64,000 bases of DNA from Alphaproteobacteria bacterium (GTDB lineage Bacteria > Pseudomonadota > Alphaproteobacteria > GCA-2731375). The notes under the pieces were generated by a model. It was not told the origin of the DNA. It worked only from the letters and a program-made list of their open reading frames with translations, and made no database searches. This document shows positions 59,004-64,000 of this stretch, piece after piece. How positions within the stretch are numbered: the first letter of the stretch is position 1; each line of letters opens with the position of its first letter. The stretch spans positions 832,001 to 896,000 of the forward strand of contig CBDDPY010000002.1 of NCBI GenBank assembly GCA_965232515.1, read 5' to 3'. The position numbers and the translations under genes were made by a program.

Positions 59004-61172
59004 ATGATGCGCCAGTACGAATTGGTCGAGAAGGTTGCGGCTTACGACCCCAACGTTAACGAAGAGCTGCTGAACCGCGCCTACGTCTTTTCCATGCGGG
59101 CGCATGGCAGCCAGACCCGGGCCTCCGGCGACCCCTATTTCTCGCATCCCCTCGAAGTCGCCGGCATCCTGACCGACTACAAGCTCGACTGCGCCACCAT
59201 CGTCACGGCGCTGTTGCACGACACGGTCGAGGATACGGTCGCCACGCATACTCAGATCGAGGACGGCTTCGGGCCCCAGATCGCCAAGCTGGTCGATGGC
59301 GTGACCAAGCTGTCGAAGCTGGAGCTGCGCTCGGAAGCCAGCAGCCAGGCGGAGAATTTCCGCAAGCTGGTGCTGGCGATGTCCGACGATATCCGTGTCC
59401 TGCTGGTCAAGCTGGCCGACCGGCTGCACAACATGCGCACGATCCGGCACCTTGCCAAGGCGAGCAAGCGCGCGCGGATCGCCGCCGAGACCATGGACAT
59501 CTACGCGCCGCTCGCCGAACGCATCGGCATGCACCGGATCAAGGAGGAGCTGGAAGACCTGTCGTTCGCCGAACTGCACCCGGACGCGCGCGCGTCGGTG
59601 CAGAAGCGCCTCGACTTTCTGCGCGAGGAGGCCGGCGACATCGTGCCCCGGATCACCGAGGAACTGGAGCGGACGGTGACAGACGGCGGCATCGACGCCA
59701 TCGTGTTGGGCCGCGAAAAGAAACCCTATTCGATCTGGCGCAAGATGCAGCGCGACAATGTTTCATTCGAGCAATTGTCGGACATCGTCGCCTTCCGTGT
59801 CATCGTCGACACCGTGTCGGACTGTTATCAGGCGCTGGGCGTCGTGCACGGCCGTTATTCCATGGTACCGGATCGTTTCAAGGACTACATATCGACGCCA
59901 AAGCGGAACAACTACCGCTCGATCCACACGACCGTGATCGGCCCGGAGAACCAGCGCATCGAGATTCAGATCCGCACGCGCGAGATGCACGATATCGCCG
60001 AGCTCGGCGTCGCCGCCCATTGGCGCTACAAGCAGGATCTGGCGACCGGCGACGGCAGCGAATACCGCTGGCTTCAGGGCCTGCGCGAAATCCTGGAGCA
60101 CGAGGGCACGGCCGAGGAGTTCCTGGAGCACACCAAGCTGGAGATGTTCCAGGACCAGGTCTTTTGCTTCACGCCGAAGGGTGACGTGATCGCGCTGCCG
60201 CGCGGCGCGACGCCCGTCGACTTCGCCTATGCCGTGCACAGCGAGGTCGGCGATACCTGCGTCGGCGCCCGGGTGAACGGCCGTGTGGTGCCGCTCAGGA
60301 CGCAGTTGAACAACGGCGATCAGGTCGACATTCTGCGTTCCAGCGCCGGCACCCCCGACCCGGCTTGGGAGAGCATCGTCGTCACCGGCAAGGCCCGTTC
60401 GGCGATCCGCCGATTTATCCGGCATCAGGAACGCGACGAGTATCGCCAGCTCGGCGAGGCCATCGCCGGCAAGGCCTTCCGGCAGGCCGGCCACGAGTTC
60501 TCCGACAAGGCCATCGAAGGCGCGCTCAAGGTCTTGAAGGCGAAGTCCGTGACCGACGTCTACGTCGCGCTGGGCGACGGGCACCTGACCGGCAAGGACC
60601 TGATGTCGCGTATTTTCCCGGGCGAACAGCGGCGCTGGGGCGCCCGAGATGCCATCGGTGCGATCAATCAACTGCTGCCATCGCGGCTACGGCGCCAGGG
60701 CGGCGAACGCGACGCCAACAACGCCGTTCCGATCAGTGGCCTGATTCCGGGCATGGCGGTGCACTACGCGACCTGCTGTCACCCGCTGCCAGGCGATCGA
60801 ATTGTCGGTATCATCACAAAAGGCAAGGGCGTGATGATCCATACGATCGATTGTGAACAGCTGGAACCGCATTCCGATTCGCCGGAGCAATGGCTCGACG
60901 TCAAATGGGAGATCGACCCCGAAAATCCGGGCCTCCACGTCGGCCAAATCAGCACGGTGGTCGCGAACGAACCAGGGAGCTTAAGCAACTTGTCAACGGT
61001 TATCGCCAAGAATATGGGCAACATTTCGAACCTGCGGATCACCAATCGCAGCCCGGATTTCTTCGAGATGAAGGTCGATATCGAAGTGGCGGACGTGAAG
61101 CACCTGGCCAACATCATGGCGGCGCTCCGGGCGACACCGTCGGTATCGTCCGTCGAACGCTACCGGGGATGA
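59004..61172 (+). CDS. spoT: Bifunctional (p)ppGpp synthase/hydrolase
   Basis: HD motif (LLHDTVED), KLADRLHNMRT, TGS (FTPKG), CCHPLPGD, ACT domain. Confidence 0.96.
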   Translation: MMRQYELVEKVAAYDPNVNEELLNRAYVFSMRAHGSQTRASGDPYFSHPLEVAGILTDYKLDCATIVTALLHDTVEDTVATHTQIEDGFGPQIAKLVDGVTKLSKLELRSEASSQAENFRKLVLAMSDDIRVLLVKLADRLHNMRTIRHLAKASKRARIAAETMDIYAPLAERIGMHRIKEELEDLSFAELHPDARASVQKRLDFLREEAGDIVPRITEELERTVTDGGIDAIVLGREKKPYSIWRKMQRDNVSFEQLSDIVAFRVIVDTVSDCYQALGVVHGRYSMVPDRFKDYISTPKRNNYRSIHTTVIGPENQRIEIQIRTREMHDIAELGVAAHWRYKQDLATGDGSEYRWLQGLREILEHEGTAEEFLEHTKLEMFQDQVFCFTPKGDVIALPRGATPVDFAYAVHSEVGDTCVGARVNGRVVPLRTQLNNGDQVDILRSSAGTPDPAWESIVVTGKARSAIRRFIRHQERDEYRQLGEAIAGKAFRQAGHEFSDKAIEGALKVLKAKSVTDVYVALGDGHLTGKDLMSRIFPGEQRRWGARDAIGAINQLLPSRLRRQGGERDANNAVPISGLIPGMAVHYATCCHPLPGDRIVGIITKGKGVMIHTIDCEQLEPHSDSPEQWLDVKWEIDPENPGLHVGQISTVVANEPGSLSNLSTVIAKNMGNISNLRITNRSPDFFEMKVDIEVADVKHLANIMAALRATPSVSSVERYRG

Positions 61173-61256
61173 CGGCGCGGGACGAATGTCGGGGTCATAA
61201 CTCAGTCGGCCGTCGACCGGCTTCCGGTCCGACGTCAGTTCGGTAACGGTTGTCCA

Positions 61257-61919
61257 ATGTTCGCCCGCCGCAACAAGCATTCCATCAGCGACAGGCTTCG
61301 CGACTTCGTGTGGCCGCGCCGCGGGTTCCGCCGGGCCGCCACCTATATCGGCTACCGGGTCGCGCGCCTGCCCGGCACGCCACACAGTATCGCCGGCGGT
61401 TTCGCGTTCGGGGCGGCAATTTCGTTCACGCCCCTGGTCGGGCTGCACATTGCCGGTTCAGCGCTGATGTCCTGGGCGTTGCGCTGCAGCATTCTGGCGG
61501 CGGCTATCGGCACCGTGGTGGGCAATCCATGGACATTCCCGCTCATATGGGGCTGGACCTACCGTTGCGGCGCCTGGTTCCTCGGCATCGACAGCCACGG
61601 TCATCCGCCGCTCGGCTCATTGACCCGGCTGTTCGAAAAGCTCTGGATTCTGATCGGCGACCGGGTTCAGTGGACATTCGGCCTGAAGCAGAAGGACGAT
61701 CTGGCCGTGATCTCGGCGGGGTCCGAATTGGCCGAACTGATGCAGAACGTCCTCTGGCCCATGCTCGTGGGCAGCGTGCCGAACGCCATCCTCGCCTGGA
61801 TCGCCTTCTACTTTCCGATGCGTTATCTGATCGCCGGCTATCAGCACACCCGGCATCAGCGCCGGCTGCGGCGTGCGAAAATGGCTGGTGTCGGTGGAGG
61901 CGACGTGCCAAATATCTGA
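61257..61919 (+). CDS. DUF2062 family membrane protein
   Basis: TPHSIAGGFA, GNPWTFP. Confidence 0.88.
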   Translation: MFARRNKHSISDRLRDFVWPRRGFRRAATYIGYRVARLPGTPHSIAGGFAFGAAISFTPLVGLHIAGSALMSWALRCSILAAAIGTVVGNPWTFPLIWGWTYRCGAWFLGIDSHGHPPLGSLTRLFEKLWILIGDRVQWTFGLKQKDDLAVISAGSELAELMQNVLWPMLVGSVPNAILAWIAFYFPMRYLIAGYQHTRHQRRLRRAKMAGVGGGDVPNI

Positions 61920-61957
61920 GGCATGAAGCCGAAACCGCATAATCGGAGCCGGGGAAC

Positions 61958-62713
61958 ATGACCCGCCAGCTGCGCCTTGGCGTCAACATCGATCATGTGG
62001 CGACGATCCGCAACGCGCGCGGCGGCCGTCATCCCGAACCGATCCGCGCCGCCCGGCTGGCCGCCGATGCCGGCGCCGACGGCATTACGGCGCATTTGCG
62101 CGAAGACCGTCGGCATATCGCCGACGACGATATCAGCCTGCTCAGCAGTCAGATCGACCTGCCGCTCAATCTCGAGATGGCGGCGACCGAAGAAATGCTG
62201 GCGATCGCACTTCGGCACAAGCCGCACGCGGTCTGCCTGGTGCCGGAGAAGCGGGAAGAGGTCACCACGGAGGGCGGTCTCGATGCCGCCGCCGGCCACC
62301 GGCACCTGGAACCTTATATCCGGCAGCTCTCGGCCGCCGGTATCCGCGTGTCCCTGTTCATCGATCCCTCGCGGGTTCAGCTCGCCGTCGCCAAGGCGCT
62401 GGGCGCGCCGGTTGTCGAGCTGCATACCGGCCAATATGCCGAGAGCAGCGGCGATGCCATGACGGCCGAGCTCGACCGCCTGATCGAGGCGGCGGCCTAT
62501 GCCGAGGAGCTGGGCCTGGAATGCCACGCCGGCCATGGCCTGACCTACGGCAATGTCGGTCCGGTGGCCGCGATCCCGACTGTCGTCGAGCTCAATATCG
62601 GCCATTTCCTGGTCGGTGAAGCGATCTTCGGCGGCCTGGACAGCAGCATCAAACGCATGCGCGCCCTGATGGACCAGGCGCGCGCCGAAGCGACGGGCAG
62701 CCGGTCCGCCTGA
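61958..62713 (+). CDS. pdxJ: Pyridoxine 5'-phosphate synthase
   Basis: [28 protein letters not shown]. Confidence 0.98.
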   Translation: MTRQLRLGVNIDHVATIRNARGGRHPEPIRAARLAADAGADGITAHLREDRRHIADDDISLLSSQIDLPLNLEMAATEEMLAIALRHKPHAVCLVPEKREEVTTEGGLDAAAGHRHLEPYIRQLSAAGIRVSLFIDPSRVQLAVAKALGAPVVELHTGQYAESSGDAMTAELDRLIEAAAYAEELGLECHAGHGLTYGNVGPVAAIPTVVELNIGHFLVGEAIFGGLDSSIKRMRALMDQARAEATGSRSA

Positions 62714-63156
62714 TGCAGGTCTCGCCGACGTTGCAGCCGATCATCATCGGCATCGGTATCGACATTATCAGCATCGACCGCATATCCCGTACGCTCGACC
62801 GTTTCGGCGACCGCTTCGTTCAGCGGATCTTCACGGAGACCGAACAGGCCCGTTCGGAGCGACGGGCGAACCGCGCGCCATCCTATGCCCGCCGGTTCGC
62901 CGCGAAGGAAGCCTGCTCGAAGGCGCTGGGCACCGGCTTTCGCCAAGGCGTGTTCTGGCGCGACATGGGCGTCAGCAACCTGAAGTCGGGAAAACCGACC
63001 ATGGTCCTGACGAATGGCGCGCTGGCCCGGCTCGAGCGCCTGACGCCGTCGGGCATGGCGGCGCAGATCGACGTTTCACTGACCGACGAACCGCCTTGGG
63101 CCCAGGCCTTCGTCATCATATCCGCGGTCCAGGCCGTGGATCAGGAGCATTCATGA
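62713..63156 (+). CDS. acpS: Holo-ACP synthase
   Basis: GIGIDII, RFAAKEA, SLTD. Confidence 0.95.
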   Translation: MQVSPTLQPIIIGIGIDIISIDRISRTLDRFGDRFVQRIFTETEQARSERRANRAPSYARRFAAKEACSKALGTGFRQGVFWRDMGVSNLKSGKPTMVLTNGALARLERLTPSGMAAQIDVSLTDEPPWAQAFVIISAVQAVDQEHS

Positions 63157-63938
63157 AGTTAGAAACGGTATTTCAGCGGCGGAGAAAGAGGCTGAGCAAA
63201 CCGAAACGCAAGGAGAGCGTGGGCGAGGTAATACGCACTGTCGTCTTCGCCGTTTTGATCGCGGTCGGCATTCGCACCGTTGCTTTCGAACCCTTCAACA
63301 TTCCCTCGGAATCCATGCTGCCGACGTTGCTGGTCGGCGACTATCTGTTCGTCTCGAAGTATGCGTACGGCTACAGCCGCCACTCGCTGCCGTTCAGTCC
63401 GCCGGTTGGCAACGGCCGGGCGTTCGAGGGAATGCCCAAGCGCGGCGACGTCGCCGTCTTCAAACTGCCGAAGGACAACTCGACCGACTACATCAAGCGC
63501 ATTGTCGGCCTGCCGGGCGACCGTATCCAGGTCCGCAACGGCGTGCTCTACCTCAACGACGAGCCGGTGAAGCGCGAGCGCGTCGACGACTTCGTCTATC
63601 GCGAGGCCCGCGGCAACGTCTACCGCTTCCCGCGCTATCGCGAGACCCTGCCGAATGGCAAGCAGTACATGACGCTCGACATGTTCCAGAACACCGACAC
63701 CGACAACACGGATGTGTTCACGGTGCCGCCGGGACACTATTTCGCCATGGGCGACAATCGCGACAACTCAATAGACAGCCGCGTCGCCCGCGGCGGCGTC
63801 GGCTACGTGCCGGCGGAGAACCTGGTCGGTCGGGCCGAGTTCCTGTTCTTCTCGACCGACGGATCGGCCCGAATCTGGGAATTCTGGAAGTGGCCGCAAT
63901 CGATCCGCTTCGGACGGATTTTCGACGGCATCCAGTAG
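63153..63938 (+). CDS. lepB: Signal peptidase I
   Basis: [24 protein letters not shown]. Confidence 0.97.
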   Translation: MKLETVFQRRRKRLSKPKRKESVGEVIRTVVFAVLIAVGIRTVAFEPFNIPSESMLPTLLVGDYLFVSKYAYGYSRHSLPFSPPVGNGRAFEGMPKRGDVAVFKLPKDNSTDYIKRIVGLPGDRIQVRNGVLYLNDEPVKRERVDDFVYREARGNVYRFPRYRETLPNGKQYMTLDMFQNTDTDNTDVFTVPPGHYFAMGDNRDNSIDSRVARGGVGYVPAENLVGRAEFLFFSTDGSARIWEFWKWPQSIRFGRIFDGIQ

Positions 63939-63940
63939 AT

Positions 63941-64000
63941 ATGAGCCAATCGCGTCTCGACGCGCTTTCCGACATCCTGGGGCACCGTTTCGCGCAACCT
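63941..64000 (+). CDS. rnc: Ribonuclease III, 5' fragment (truncated by the window end)
   Basis: MSQSRLDALSDILGHRF; conserved lepB-rnc order. Confidence 0.8.
   Translation, partial: MSQSRLDALSDILGHRFAQP

Overview
High-GC alphaproteobacterial chromosomal window; the slt/dapA-smpB, folK, rpoZ-rsh-DUF2062-pdxJ-acpS-lepB-rnc gene order suggests a Rhodospirillales-like host. Left to right it holds: a Cle-like receiver protein; a small stress islet (GFA protein, Tat-like thioredoxin-fold protein, katG with two Irr/ICE boxes, GIY-YIG nuclease) off the 3' end of tRNA-Ser(GCT); argD; a hydantoinase/oxoprolinase A+B pair and other catabolic enzymes; two convergent sulfur/methionine operons (osmC-like + metY, and cysG-DUF2849-cysI-DUF934-cysH-rhodanese-metZ), each headed by a SAM-II riboswitch; two TRAP systems; frmA; an AtuA/CoA-transferase cluster; and core genes. 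The best signals lie outside the ORF track. (1) A probably leaderless 16-codon Arg-rich leader peptide (MVGTAAQTNRERRRAY) with a hairpin and U-tract upstream of argD, a candidate arginine attenuator. (2) A SAM-II riboswitch plus a coupled uORF in front of the sulfur-reduction operon. (3) An inverted pair of loop-E-like hairpins joining the tRNA 3' end to the GIY-YIG gene. (4) An SAH-aptamer-like sequence overlapping the terminator after the other SAM-II. All calls come from reading motifs by eye; no searches were run.
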